From Eukaryota sp. GEM-RC1 (lineage: Eukaryota), in assembly GCA_040285855.1 (NCBI GenBank), contig JAUFOQ010000004.1, positions 186,001 through 250,000 on the forward strand: a DNA stretch of 64,000 bases, in the 5' to 3' direction. Numbering within the stretch: the first letter of the stretch is position 1; the number at the start of each line of letters is the position of its first letter. Of this stretch, positions 24,190-36,199 are shown one piece after another. Under the pieces are notes generated by a model. That model had not been told where the DNA came from. It made no database searches and saw only the letters and a list, made by a program, of their open reading frames with translations. A program made the translations under genes and the position numbers.

Positions 24190-25908
24190 ATGAGCTCCAT
24201 CTCTAAATATGTTCCCTTTGATGAACTTGATACTTCTGATGAAGAGGAATACCTCTCCCAAGCATCACTCCAAAAACCGTCTCTTGATACTCGAAAAACT
24301 GCCTCACAAACTGCAACTTCTCCAAGCTTTTCTAAAAGCCGATCTCCTTCTGTAACTGATAGTAGAGTCTGGGGTAGTCTTAAGAACTCTCTAGTTGAAA
24401 GAGCACGTCAGATGGCTTCTTTGGACATTGCTCAAGGATCTTCTCTTGCTGAAAGAGAAGCTTCACTTCTAAAAAGATTAGAAACATCAGACAAAATCCA
24501 ACATTCTTTACGAGACGAAATTAGACACTTGAAAGTTCAACTTGAAACTGCTAGACTCGAACTTCAGAAGAAGTCTCTAGAAAACGAAGCTCTTGCTGAA
24601 GTCAATCAACAACACTGTTCACAGTTAGATGACGTACATAGAAAACTTTTGGCATCGGAACAGAACTTCAGGTCTCTCCATGGCGATCTCTCTTCTTCTA
24701 CTTCTAAACTAGGACAGCTGTCCCATGACAACGATGTAATTAAACATGATCTGAAACAGAAGGAGCGTCTGTTAAGAGAGGAAGTGTCTAGGAGAGAGGC
24801 TGCTGAGAAAAGAGTGGAGATGTTGGAGAGGGAAGTGGCTGAGATGAAGGCTAAATACTCAGTACATGATGAGACTGTTGCTGACCTGGAGCAGACGATT
24901 TCTTTCCTAAAACATGATAAGGAAGAGCTCAGCAATCAATTGGAGTTTGCTGAACAATCACAGAATGATCTAGGTCGTAAAGTCACGACATTAGAAGCAC
25001 AATTGCAAGCTGCTGAAGACGAAGTTCAGCTGCAGAGCTCTAAAGAATTCGCTGACCTCCGAACTAAACGTAAAATATCTAAATTAAAAGATGAAATTTC
25101 AAATGCTAAATCAGATTGTCTTCGTTTAATGAAACTTCTATCAGAAACTCCCCAATACAAGTTCCTCAAGTACGAACTTCCCCCAGATGAAGAGCTCGAG
25201 TACACCTCTGATGCTCCACTCAGATACTTAACCTGTGTATTGGACAACTCTTTGTCCTATGTCCCCGATGGAACTCCACAGAAGGAACTGCGGTGGTTTG
25301 TACCGACTGATTGTGTCGTGATTGCTAGGAGGTGGGCGAAGAGATGTCTACCTTATAATTCTACTGATGTGTTGAATAATTTATTGTTAGCTTTGAATGC
25401 TGTCTGGATGTCTCGAATGGAGAGTCGGACAATGAGGCTGGAGGAGGAAAAGAAACAGCTGAAAAGTTCTGGAATGAAGCATTTGAAGAATTTAAAAAAG
25501 TCCAAATGTTCGACGGCTCGGATGAACACAGCAGAAGTCTCATTTACTTTAGATCAATTAGAAACTGAGATTGAGGATTTAGCCAGGGAGAACGAAGTGT
25601 TAAGATCAAAAATTGAACGGTCACGTGAAGTTCCAGGAATTCCTACTGCTTCTGTTTTAGACCATCAATCAACTGACTTCTTCATGGGGGCTGATTGGTC
25701 ATTCCGATTGGCTCTTTCCATTTTTGAAAAAGTATATCGTCAACTGATTGACGGTCATTCGGAGATTGAAAAGGGCGAAGTTATGAATAGCAAGAGTTTA
25801 TATAAGAAAGTGTCTGGAATTTTGGACCAAGTGGTAGGTCATTGTCATCAAGCCTTGCAGGATTTAAAAATTCTGTCAGAGGATGTGCATGAACGATGTC
25901 GTGAATGA
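24190..25908 (+). CDS. long coiled-coil protein, function unknown
   Basis: 572-aa ORF with an extended heptad E/K/L/Q-rich region. Confidence 0.8.
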   Translation: MSSISKYVPFDELDTSDEEEYLSQASLQKPSLDTRKTASQTATSPSFSKSRSPSVTDSRVWGSLKNSLVERARQMASLDIAQGSSLAEREASLLKRLETSDKIQHSLRDEIRHLKVQLETARLELQKKSLENEALAEVNQQHCSQLDDVHRKLLASEQNFRSLHGDLSSSTSKLGQLSHDNDVIKHDLKQKERLLREEVSRREAAEKRVEMLEREVAEMKAKYSVHDETVADLEQTISFLKHDKEELSNQLEFAEQSQNDLGRKVTTLEAQLQAAEDEVQLQSSKEFADLRTKRKISKLKDEISNAKSDCLRLMKLLSETPQYKFLKYELPPDEELEYTSDAPLRYLTCVLDNSLSYVPDGTPQKELRWFVPTDCVVIARRWAKRCLPYNSTDVLNNLLLALNAVWMSRMESRTMRLEEEKKQLKSSGMKHLKNLKKSKCSTARMNTAEVSFTLDQLETEIEDLARENEVLRSKIERSREVPGIPTASVLDHQSTDFFMGADWSFRLALSIFEKVYRQLIDGHSEIEKGEVMNSKSLYKKVSGILDQVVGHCHQALQDLKILSEDVHERCRE

Positions 25909-26234
25909 TGTGTATTATAAATTAATTTAAATTTTGAAATTAATTTTGATTAATTTTGTTGTGTAGGCAATTAGAGTTTGGAATTGTTTGGAAAGTGTCA
26001 AATAGAAGAGTCTGATTCGAATTCCGTCAGAGTAAAACTTAAAATAGATCACAAGCACGTGTATTAAAACCTTTACCTAAATCATTGTTTGAACATGCAG
26101 TCAGAAAAAGTACTTGGATTATACATTTATTATTTGTTTTCCTATATTGATGGTGTTCTTTAGTTGCTAGTACTAGTATGTATAAAAGGCGTTGTCTTAT
26201 AATATTGCACTTATAATACCATATATCTCATAAT

Positions 26235-26883
26235 TAGGGTCGGGCAAAACTCCACTCGAGTTCTACTCCAAGACTCCAACCTTCACTTCACTCCAAATTT
26301 CTACGAGTTGGAGTCGAGTTGGAGTTCTGTCAAAATTTTACGAGTAAGTCGAGTTGGAGTGAAACTTGCTATTTCATTAGCATTCCTATGTAAGTATTGT
26401 ACATAACTTACAAAAAAACACCTATATCAAGGGGGAGTTACACGATTTGTAGTTATCGATGACCAAAAGGAAATAAACTTATCTATGTTTCCGTTTAAAA
26501 AGGCCAAAAATTTAACACTATCGTCCTGCAAGACCTGTTTAATCTTCTTACCAAATTCTGAACTCAGTTTTTGAAATAACTTCTGAAACTTTTTTTAGTA
26601 ACCAATGAAACTTTCATAAAAAAAAATAGAAAGACTCATTGTGATGACATCACCACGGTCGATATCTAACAGTGTTTGCTTTAGTGTGAATCGAAACGCA
26701 TTGAGTGACCGTCGTGTATACTTGGAAGAAGTGCCAAAAGCGTCAAATGTGAGGAATTTTATAAAGACAAAAATTTGACAAGTTTGGATGAAGTGAAGTC
26801 TACAAGTGACTTGAGTTGGAGTGAAGTGAAGTTGGAGTGAAGTTCACTTGTAATATTTATTGTTTGGAGTTCGCCCATCCCTA
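26235..26883. mobile_element. hAT-type MITE
   Basis: TIRs TAGGGTCGGGC / GCCCATCCCTA. TSD CTCATAAT (26227-26234) vs CTCACAAT (26884-26891), 1 mismatch. ACTCC/GGAGT subterminal arrays. Confidence 0.85.
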
Positions 26884-27560
26884 CTCACAATATATGTACT
26901 TTTTGAAACTTTTAAGTGATCTTTAGAAACAACATAAGCATTTTCTTTTGGGCTTAAATCCAAGTTGTTTGCTTGATAATTCAATCCATGATTGTTGAAG
27001 GAGGGTAATGCTGTTTGTCATGTAATGTCTAGTCTAAAGATGAACCTTTTCTACAGCATTAAAATGATAATATTGTTTTTAATTCGCGTCGTTGTGATCC
27101 AATTGCTTCTTTCTTAGAATCCTCTCAAGTTGTGGTTGGTTTTAATAGAGTTAACCCTCTTCAAACAGCCTACAAGGATTCCATTTAAATCATTCTAATG
27201 AGGATTATGAACAAATTAAACATCGTATGTGTTCCAGTTACGTGAAAATACTCAATGAAAACGTTTTTATTTGCTCTTTTACTACTACATGCAGTATTTC
27301 AATTTTTGGCAGTAATGATCCAACAAGTTAAAACTTATCTATTGATTTTGAACCTTAAAGTCGTTCACATTCTGTTCAAGAATGTTTAAGAATTCACATG
27401 TTTTTACATATGCTTTTCCATATGCGTTTTTGACCAATCCTAATATGTTTGAGTTTCTTTGCAACATTCCAAAGTTGTACAAGGACGAGTTCCGAGTTGA
27501 CATGGAATATATAAATTCGAACAAATTAAGATTGCTGTTAAGATTAGAATTCCTCAAATA

Positions 27561-27660
27561 GAACTAGAGTGCTCTAAAACATCTAATATAATGCCACCCC
27601 CTAATTTTTGGTGTTTGGGGGTGGCGTTGTAATAGATGTTTTAGAGTGCATCGTAGTTTC
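27561..27660. repeat. ~100-bp imperfect palindrome (possible tiny fold-back element)
   Basis: CTCTAAAACATCTA..ATGCCACCCCC (27572-27601) pairs with GGGGGTGGCGT..TAGATGTTTTAGAG (27617-27646). Confidence 0.7.
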
Positions 27661-27800
27661 TTTTCTTTAGTAAATATTGCTGATATTGTGTGTTTTTAAT
27701 GGTATGTAGAAGGCGCTAATTTCCAATGTACAGTACCAGTTGATTGTAGTACAAAAAGTTAACTTTCTGACAAACAGACAAATTTGTACCAACAAACATA

Positions 27801-27971
27801 ATAATAATATAAGAGCTTATTTGCAACAATTAATTAATACATACTAATTCAGAATAAGAAAGAAGTTAAATTCTCCACATCAACACGAGAATTGTCACTA
27901 TACAACTTCGAATAAATGGAACATAAATACTTGGGAATGCTTCTTTAAAGAGCGAACATAACTCGATTTTT
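27801..27971 (-). mobile_element. short RLE retrotransposon 3' copy, family A, with 18-bp TSD
   Basis: TTTGTACCAACAAACATA at 27783-27800 and 27972-27989; body matches 8085-8240. Confidence 0.85.
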
Positions 27972-27995
27972 TTTGTACCAACAAACATATAACAT

Positions 27996-28103
27996 AAAAA
28001 AACGGATTTATGTGCGGGGAAAACACATAATAAGAAAAGAACAAATAAATAAACACTACTAAAACAAATTAACAACCGAACTACCTAATTCCGAAAAGTA
28101 GTA
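27996..28103 (-). mobile_element. RLE retrotransposon 3' end, family B
   Basis: Matches 11585-11685; ends CACATAAATCCG followed by T7. Confidence 0.8.
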
Positions 28104-28297
28104 AACATATAATATTAAGACTAAATAAACGACTTCACCCATATCCGGTAAATGATTACGTTTTTCAACATTAACCTATGTAGTACAGTCAAACCGTTTC
28201 ATAGCATGATACTCTATATAGCGTATGTTCAAATAGTCCCGCTATAATTTGTTTTTATTGGCCAATGTAGGTTAGCTTTGTGAATTTCCTTACTCAA

Positions 28298-28609
28298 ATG
28301 ACTGAACCTCTCCTAGATTATCTTACCTTAACCGAATCCAAACTCTCTGCTCTTTCATCCTCAATAAGGATAGTTGACCGTGTGATAGGTGACAAAAAGT
28401 CTGAGTATACTTCATTTACCACCGGATGTCTTCAATTACCACATGTAGCTGCAGAACTGTCTTCTTTATCACTACGAACAGAATCTCTTGTTGACCTTGT
28501 TGCTTCCACATTATCTCTTCTGGATGAACTTGAGTCATTAGAACCGGTATCTCGACCCAAGAAATCTAAACTTTCAGGTCTCAAGTTAAAATGGTTTAAA
28601 TCATCGTGA
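28298..28609 (+). CDS. small helical protein, possibly BLOC-1 subunit-like
   Basis: 103-aa ORF with coding-like, amphipathic composition; family call is weak. Confidence 0.5.
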   Translation: MTEPLLDYLTLTESKLSALSSSIRIVDRVIGDKKSEYTSFTTGCLQLPHVAAELSSLSLRTESLVDLVASTLSLLDELESLEPVSRPKKSKLSGLKLKWFKSS

Positions 28610-28771
28610 TCGTTCTTGTTTGTATAGTTGTATTTGTATGAAGTTATTTTTCTTGAGACCATTAAATATGTTTGAAGAGCTTCACATTATATAGCTGTGC
28701 AGATTAGCTGTTATCTTTTTGGTTGATTCTAAACACTGGAGAGTGGATTAGGATGCTTTTTCTTCCATTCA

Positions 28772-29818
28772 ATGACATCTCCATCTAACTTTTATTCACA
28801 TGTACATAGTTATTCTGAGCCCTCGTCGCCATTTTCTTCCACACCTATAACAAAACAATGTCGTAAACTTACTTCATCTTCCGATGTTCTTGACAAGAAG
28901 CTTCAGGATGACCCATTCACTTGTCACTCTTCTTGTTTCCGTCACAATATTTCTCAATGGCGGCTGATTTGTAGTAGTTGGCCCAAGTCAATACCCAAAC
29001 CCTCTAAATTCAAGCAGTTGATCCGCCAGTCTATTCCACCTTCTATGAAAGGTTTCTTTTGGTTTCATCTATCAGGAGGTCACCAAATGGCTTTATCACA
29101 CTCATCTAATCACTATGAATCGCTGTTAGATACTGAGATTGTACCAGCGAGGACTCAGATTCTCAAAGACATTGACAGAACCTTTCCTGATAGCTCTTGG
29201 TTTCATCAGAGAGACAGACTCGGGAGAGCAGTCCTTTATAATGTTTTATCTGCATTCTCTTCCTTTAATCCTACCCTAGGATACACCCAGGGGATGGCTA
29301 TGATTGCTGGTTCTCTGCTGAGATTTCAGTGTGAAACTGATGCATTCTATACCTTTACATCGCTAATGGTCAATGAAAAGTACCATTTGGAGCAGTTGTT
29401 TATTGACGGAGTTCCGAAAGTGAAGAGATGCGTTTGGGTATTTGATAAATTGGTAGCAAACCACCTGCCTCTATTGAGTAATCACTTTAAGAAGGAGTGC
29501 ATAACAACAGATTTGATTAGCACGTCATGGTTTCTAACCCTTTTTCTATATTCATTGCCTTTTAGTGTGTGTGTTGATATTTTAGATTGTTTTATTTATG
29601 AAGGGTGGAAAGTTATTTATAGAGTAGCATTGGCTTTACTACAAATTAACCAGCAACGGTTACTAACGAAAGAATTTAGTGAGATCATGATATCTCTTCA
29701 AGGTGATATTCCGAAGAATGTTGATGCAAGTGAATTGATTAGAGTAGCTTTCAGTTTGAAATTGAAGCGAAAGGAGATTGAGATCTTGGAGAAAACGTTT
29801 GATAAACAGAGGTCGTAG
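28772..29818 (+). CDS. TBC-domain Rab GTPase-activating protein
   Basis: ILKDIDRTFP (Arg finger), GYTQGM (Gln finger), WFLTLF, DCFIYEGWKVIYRVALALL. Confidence 0.95.
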   Translation: MTSPSNFYSHVHSYSEPSSPFSSTPITKQCRKLTSSSDVLDKKLQDDPFTCHSSCFRHNISQWRLICSSWPKSIPKPSKFKQLIRQSIPPSMKGFFWFHLSGGHQMALSHSSNHYESLLDTEIVPARTQILKDIDRTFPDSSWFHQRDRLGRAVLYNVLSAFSSFNPTLGYTQGMAMIAGSLLRFQCETDAFYTFTSLMVNEKYHLEQLFIDGVPKVKRCVWVFDKLVANHLPLLSNHFKKECITTDLISTSWFLTLFLYSLPFSVCVDILDCFIYEGWKVIYRVALALLQINQQRLLTKEFSEIMISLQGDIPKNVDASELIRVAFSLKLKRKEIEILEKTFDKQRS

Positions 29819-29929
29819 CCATTGTCCAAAAAATAACACAGCTGATCTAACTAGCTACATGTACATGATCAACAATTCGATGATGTTTTGTAAAATACTC
29901 GATGTTTATAAATGTAACAGACTAAACAA

Positions 29930-31510
29930 TAGAGATGGGCAACGACTCAACTGAACTCAGCCGAGTCGAGTCGCACTTGACTCCACACTAAGTTCATTGG
30001 CCCTTAGACTCGACTCGACATCCAAAACTGGAGTCGACTGAACAAAGAGACTTAGTCGAGTCGAGTGGGCATTAGTCCGAACTAACATTGGGCTAATTTA
30101 TTCGATGAAATCAATCATTAATTTCGAACCTTACTCAAACGGTGTCTGTGTGTATGATTATATATGCTCGCCTAGGAATTGCCAACTTACATATTGTGTT
30201 GTAATCAGTAGAAATGATCTTTCCTCTCAATAAAAGAAGACTCATTACCACTTAAAGGGTTTGAATGACAAGTGTAAGATGTGCTTGTCTTCTCGTCATG
30301 TACTAAAGTAGTAACTGCAACACGATAATGTCATGTTTTCCTGTTCTGAAGCAATGATACAAAAACTACAGAAAAGAAACGAATAATGTCATAGACAATG
30401 CCTACGTAATGAAAGTGACAAATTGGAGCAAAAAATTGAAAATACTATATAGTAGAAAGATACTGTCAGCAACCACAGTAAAGCATTGCACACAATCAAC
30501 CACATGTACTATCGTTCACTTTTTTTGAGGGGGATGAGCGGTCATGGGGCAATGAAGAAGTAAGAAGTTTTGTGATTTCATACATACCTGAAAAATACCA
30601 CCACTTTGATCTGATACAATACAAAAAATACAAAAAATACAATACAACAAAAAATACAAAGAAATACAGATACAAAGACGTGGCAATTTCGAATCAAAAT
30701 GACGATAATGCTACTGGTAAGTATAGTAGTGTACACACAACATTCTTCTCCTCCTACACAACAGTTGACACCAACTATCCCAGCTTCTTGATAATGCAAA
30801 ACTCCGTACTTCTGGAAACTCCTGGAAATAAAGAAAAGTACGTTTTAAAGGTAAGTAATCAAGTTACCGGATAGTAGAGACACTTGAAGGTAAACATCTG
30901 TGTTCTTTTGTCTTTTGCATTTAGCTTTGAGATCACAATTTTTAATTGTACTTTATTTGCATCAATAGATTAAACTGACTTCTTCGTTTAATGTCTTTGA
31001 CATTGTTATTGAGAAACCAAACAGATGTAGCTTATTGTAAGTTTAAACAAACTGCAACATTGACACAACAAGATAGCACTCTTTCAGTTGCGGTACCAAA
31101 GATAGACAACTTAGAAAAAATACAAAAAATACAATACACGAGACGATTTGATACAATACAGAAAATACAGAAAATACAGAATACAGAAAATACAATAAGA
31201 ATGTATTTTTCAGGTATGATTTCATATGCACTTTGCTTGTATAAAAAGTACCGGACTAGTTGTGTATTTATTTGAATTGGATTTGTTTAAACATGAGTAG
31301 GGCTCACGTTGACAACAACTTCAACAAAATAAATTAGTGCGCACTCGAACAGACTAGACTAGACTAGGGGAAGTTGGAGCTGACTCGACTCCAGACTCGA
31401 GTTCACTGACCATGAGACTCGACTTGGCTACTAAAAGTGGAGTCGACTGAACTAATTAGTCGAGTCGAGTCCGAGTCTAGTCGACGAGTCGAGTCGATTG
31501 CCCATCTCTA
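29930..31510. mobile_element. non-autonomous hAT transposon hosting a nested element
   Basis: Perfect TSD CTAAACAA (29922-29929, 31511-31518). TIRs TAGAGATGGGCAA / TTGCCCATCTCTA. GAGTC/GACTC arrays. Confidence 0.93.
30583..31218. mobile_element. nested hAT-type MITE
   Basis: Perfect TSD ATTTCATA (30575-30582, 31219-31226). 16-bp TIR CATACCTGAAAAATAC. AAATAC(A) arrays at both ends. Confidence 0.93.
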
Positions 31511-32092
31511 CTAAACAACTAAAATTTGATATCATTAAAACAACACCCGTCGCTATCAAATCTTACAACGGTTGTGGTCTTCATAAAACGAACTCACTGC
31601 TAATAAAGCTTTGGAGATGATTAGGGGATTTTTTTAAAAACAGTAAAACGATCCGATTCATCCACTACAGATGATCAAACCGTCTGTCAGGTACATCCTA
31701 GTTTCTACGATTTTTCTGAAATTGTTTAAAATCTTCAATGCACTGTTTCCTAAACGTCCATAAATTGAAAGAGCAAAAGGGCATATTTTGTATTCGACAT
31801 GTTTACATGTTTTCAAGCCATCATTGGCTTCTCGTACTTATCCTGTTTGGCTTGTTCAGAAATGTCTAAATTAGAAGTTTCAGAGTAAGCATTCTTTAAA
31901 GATGACTTTTTACAAACATCCGCAGACACTACATCGACAACAAACAATTTGTCTGAAGAAGAAGGGACAGCAACATCTGCTCTCCGTTTTCCAAAAAATT
32001 GGTTCTGTTTTCCGACATTACTACTATTATTTGGTTGATTGAAATTTGGAAAAACAAATTCGCCCCCAGTCTTTCAGTATCTTTCTTAAAAA

Positions 32093-33330
32093 ATGGATAC
32101 TAACTCTGTTTTAGAAGAAGCTGAGAAACTTGGCACCAGTAATGAGTGTCTTTCAGCTCAATTCAGGGAATACAACCAACTTTTGCTCAAATGTAAGAAA
32201 CATGAAGCTGAACTTCGAAAGGGACTTACAGCCCACACCAAACACAGAAACAGTCTTCATTCTCGTATAAAGTCTCTCAAGAAAAGACTGATCTCACCAA
32301 TCCTCTACAGACCCTTGCGAAAGCTGATATTCTAAGCCATGACGTCAAATGCTCTCTTTCCAACTTTCCCTCATTTCCTATGAGCTTTGTGTTAGGCAAA
32401 CTAGATGTTGTTATGCCAACCCGAGATAAACGTTTCAACTACAAGCTGGACTATGAGGGTTTTAAGCGCCGCTTCTCCATCGTTAGTCTTATTCTTGCTC
32501 TATTTGCATTTGTTCTCCCTAGACTATCTCTCCCGACAGTAGCTGTATCAACTTATGATTCAGTTCTACTCGTGTGTCAACTGTTTTTCCATGTGGGGTT
32601 ACTGTTCAGAGAGTCCATTCTCATCAAGAATGGGTCAAGAATCAACCAATACTGGATCTTACATCACTACGGTACAACGCTACTGCTCTTCCTACTGCTC
32701 ATCACCCCTTTCAATGACCAATATCTCCGTATACGTTCTCATATAGCCCTCTTCTCAATGTGTACATCGCTGTTCCATTTCATTCGTCACAAACGTGCAA
32801 TGCAGCGATACTATGCTGACTTAGCTACAGAACAAGCTCACTTCATGGACGTCATTGACTCCACTAGAGAGTTAGGCATTGAAGACAATTCTTCATGGCT
32901 CAACCTTCCTCTTTCCAGTCTGATGGTTGGGTTAACAGCTGTGGGAATGCACGCATACCAGAACTTTATCGGTCTTTTGGCTACATATATCTCCTTCCAA
33001 GACAGACGTTACGACGCCTTGTTTTGGACTGGAATTGTGTTGTTCCTTCTCGGAATAGGTAACTGTGTGACCACCCTCATTATTCTCTTCTCAAGAATTG
33101 GTTCTCGAGGTCCCAACCACCGCAGTAGATCAGTACCTGGGTTTCCAAATAAGAAGCTGACCATTCCCGCTTTACATAAGATGTATGCTCATTTAACTGA
33201 GAATGAATGTGACTCCGATGAGTCCAGTACAACAGAGTTTGAGGAATTCAAGTTAGGATCACGGACATCTGATCCTTTGTCTTTCAGTGCAAGAATACCT
33301 ACACGACTGATATCGTCTCCAAGTAAGTGA
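32093..33330 (+). CDS. TMEM120: TMEM120/TMPIT family membrane protein; one frame break at 32282-32285
   Basis: N-terminal coiled coil, then LGKLDV, RFNYKLDYEGFK, RESILIKNGSRINQYWILHHY and LGIGNCVTTL. One extra A joins ORFs 32093 and 32380. Confidence 0.88.
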
Positions 33331-33584
33331 GGATAAGTGAATAGTTTTTTGTGGATTTTGTATTTTTTGAATAAACAGCGTTTTGATAATATGATTAGAT
33401 TCTTTCATAAATGTGTTACTGTACCTCTTATTTTTGTGTTTATTGTTGAATACTGTTGACATCATTTTTTGGCACTTCCCGTGCAGACTGTTGCCACGTG
33501 TTTGGACAAGTTAGATCTTTTTATGACCTTCATAATAGAAGAAATGCGGTTTACGAGCAATACTACTAGTAGTACAATTAAGAA

Positions 33585-33692
33585 AGGGGCCGTGTAAATC
33601 CACCATGTAAATCCACCATTTGATGGAAAAGTTCAGAATAAATTGAGGGGCCGTGTAAATCCACCATGTAAATCCACCATTTGATGGAAAAG
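33585..33692. repeat. 47-bp exact direct duplication containing TGTAAATCCACCA dimers
   Basis: 33585-33631 equals 33646-33692. Confidence 0.9.
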
Positions 33693-34429
33693 AAATGATT
33701 TTTCCAAACTAGAAACAGATACTGTGATTTTTCTTTTTGGGTGCTTAACACCATGATCGCTCCAGACTACTCCTGGGTTCAAGCCATTAGCCGATCGACT
33801 TGATTCAAGTCGTATCCAAATTTGGCTTAGCTTACTCAGCCGGTTTCGAATTCGAATTTTCCAAGGCAAGCCTTATGGCTTGACAGGTCTAACCAAAGAC
33901 ACTAAAGTAGCTGAAATATGGTCTTTGTCATTCTCCAAACAACCTGTACCTAAAATGGAAACGAATAGTGCATCACTCAAAATTTGTCAGTTTAGTGCCA
34001 CTATACTGTTTGATTATAGACCGTTACGTACTTCGGTTGTAGTTTATTTTGGAAAAAAACCCTTCCAGATTTGTAAATGTACACACAGTCAGGAGAACTG
34101 TTAAGCAGTCTATAAGAACGCCCTAGGAAAAGAATATAAGTGGAAGGAAAAGGACATTTGTTAAGATAGTATTGTTTCAGCCGTTATTGAGGTATTGATC
34201 AAGAAACATGAGAACAGCGGTTCCGTTCATAACCCTCACCCAACGATTGATTAATCAGAGACGGTATCAGCAAGCAGTTATCAACCTCCTCTACAAGTGC
34301 AAGCACGAGAAGAGTCAAATTTTGCGTCAATGTTTCTCCTAGTTCAAAGAACAACAGAAGAGAATGTAATTGAGGGTGTCTGACTAAAATTTGAATTGCA
34401 TTTCAGCGTGTCGGAACTCTTAATGTATT

Positions 34430-34655
34430 CTCTTGCTTCTAAGTTTTTAACTGATTTTGGATCTATGTGTAAGTCTCAGAATAAGAGATTTCACTTATCA
34501 ATATGGTTTAACCGTTTGAATATTTCTTTGTTGTGTTCGATGCCTATGTTTCTTAACAATCAATTGTCACAAAATTGTATAAGAACTGTGGCCTGTTGAT
34601 CAGTAATTTTCGGTGTCTATTGTATATTATGTTAGGTATTTTTGTGCCCCCTGTT
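34430..34655 (+). mobile_element. RLE retrotransposon 3' fragment, family E
   Basis: FLTDFGSMCKSQNKRF.LSIW.NRL, shared with the 45461 and 60591 copies. Confidence 0.8.
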
Positions 34656-34721
34656 GTAGATCGATCTAGATCTAAATCTACAACAGAAAATAATTCAACT
34701 TCACACGAATCTTATCATATA

Positions 34722-34973
34722 ATGGACTACGCTGGACAACATCTCTCTTTGATGTTAATGTACATCTTTATGACAATGTCGACACTACTAGCTATCTTTA
34801 CTGGCTACATCAAACAATCTCTCAAGGTCGGATCTCTTGTTCTAATCTCTGGTTGCCTTCTTACCCTCTTAGTATGATTCCCCAACACTAACACAAGATT
34901 GTTGTTCCCAATTGGCCCTGGTTCAATAAATCCCCACTCTCCTTTCAAAAGAAAAAAGAAAAAATCAACTTGA
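34722..34973 (+). CDS. SPCS1: signal peptidase complex subunit 1 (SPC12), one 26-nt intron
   Basis: MDYAGQ start, two TM helices, TGY..Q. Removing intron 34872-34897 (GTATGA..CTAACACAAG) restores IVVPNWPWFNKSPL. The stop at 34971-73 needs one A fewer in an A-run. Confidence 0.85.
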
Positions 34974-34974
34974 A

Positions 34975-36066
34975 TCACCTTTTATTGATGTGTATGTTAG
35001 CCCATGGACCCCCTTCAATGGAAAAGTTGTCCATTGGAATAAAATTCCGCTCTGTGAAATCTTTTGTGAATAACTTAAATGCTTCATGTGTCGTTAACAA
35101 TGGTACTTGAAACTCCGTTCCCCAATCCAATGGCAATCGAGGACATCCTACAACTACATACAAATCAACAAATGACCTAAAGGATTCAATAAACTCTGTT
35201 GATATATCACGGACATTCAACACCACTACGCTAATGTTATCATGTCTTTTGGCTAGTTGTTCTAAACGCTTACACACAGTCTCTGAACCTTGTCGTCCTA
35301 GAGAAGACAGTACAAGTCCAATCTTTAGTGTTTCTTTTCGAGAGAGATTTACGAGCATTTGATGACGTTGTTGTAGTAGAAGATCAACATCCTGATATTC
35401 TTGTGTGAGTTTCCGGCTAATTGGATCGAATTTTAGAATAGTCAGGTCGGGATTATGCATTGCCAAAGCCTCTAAGTGAAATCTTCCGTCGCCGATATAC
35501 ACAATCACAGTGTTTGAATCACCACTGAATCTATTAACAGTACATCCCAGGCATTCACCCTTGCTTAAATTTGGAGAACACTTTGGTACGTTGACAGAAA
35601 ATCCAGCAGAAATAAGGAGATTAGAAGTTGCATTTGTCAGGGGAACAAACTGTGTGGTACAAGTTAATACAAGTGACTGAGTTTTGTCCTTTACCCAGGA
35701 ACTGACTTCATTGAAAATTTGAGATGGTAACTGAGGATCAACTTCAAGAGGCATTATGGCCTTGCAGTACATAAATGGAACACTTAGCGATTTCGAAGGA
35801 ACAAGTTCAGAATGACCAAAGTGAATGCAACAATCAATTCCTAGGGACTGTACTAGACGATCATCAATGCAACATGCACCATAACAATCGTCTGCTAATA
35901 TACAGCATTCAACACTGCGATGAGACTCTATCTCAGAAGCAACAAGAAAAGAATAAGCCAGAAGTCCTTCAGGAAATTGAAGAGCGACTGTAGTAGATTT
36001 ATGGAGGTCTATGAAGGCAAAGATAGTACTATATTCAAAGTTATAGCGTTGAAGAGGAGTGGACAT
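34975..36066 (-). CDS. DPH1: diphthamide synthesis protein Dph1
   Basis: VALQFPEGLL, YGACCIDD, HFGHS, LSKGECLGCT, GDGRFHLE, LGRQGS, CPRL..DWG. Confidence 0.95.
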   Translation of the reverse strand: MSTPLQRYNFEYSTIFAFIDLHKSTTVALQFPEGLLAYSFLVASEIESHRSVECCILADDCYGACCIDDRLVQSLGIDCCIHFGHSELVPSKSLSVPFMYCKAIMPLEVDPQLPSQIFNEVSSWVKDKTQSLVLTCTTQFVPLTNATSNLLISAGFSVNVPKCSPNLSKGECLGCTVNRFSGDSNTVIVYIGDGRFHLEALAMHNPDLTILKFDPISRKLTQEYQDVDLLLQQRHQMLVNLSRKETLKIGLVLSSLGRQGSETVCKRLEQLAKRHDNISVVVLNVRDISTEFIESFRSFVDLYVVVGCPRLPLDWGTEFQVPLLTTHEAFKLFTKDFTERNFIPMDNFSIEGGPWANIHINKR

Positions 36067-36199
36067 GTTAATGTTAAAAATCAGGAAACTAGAAGAAATT
36101 ACATGCTAAAATGAAGTACATATCATCACTGGATTTTTCAGAACAATACAAGAGAAACAAATGTGATGTACCATTGACTGTTCTTAAACATACTAGACA

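Noticed and set aside
30572..31275. ORFs 30572, 30578, 30991 and 31043 as genes
   Set aside because: They are translations of AAATAC subterminal repeats in a nested MITE.
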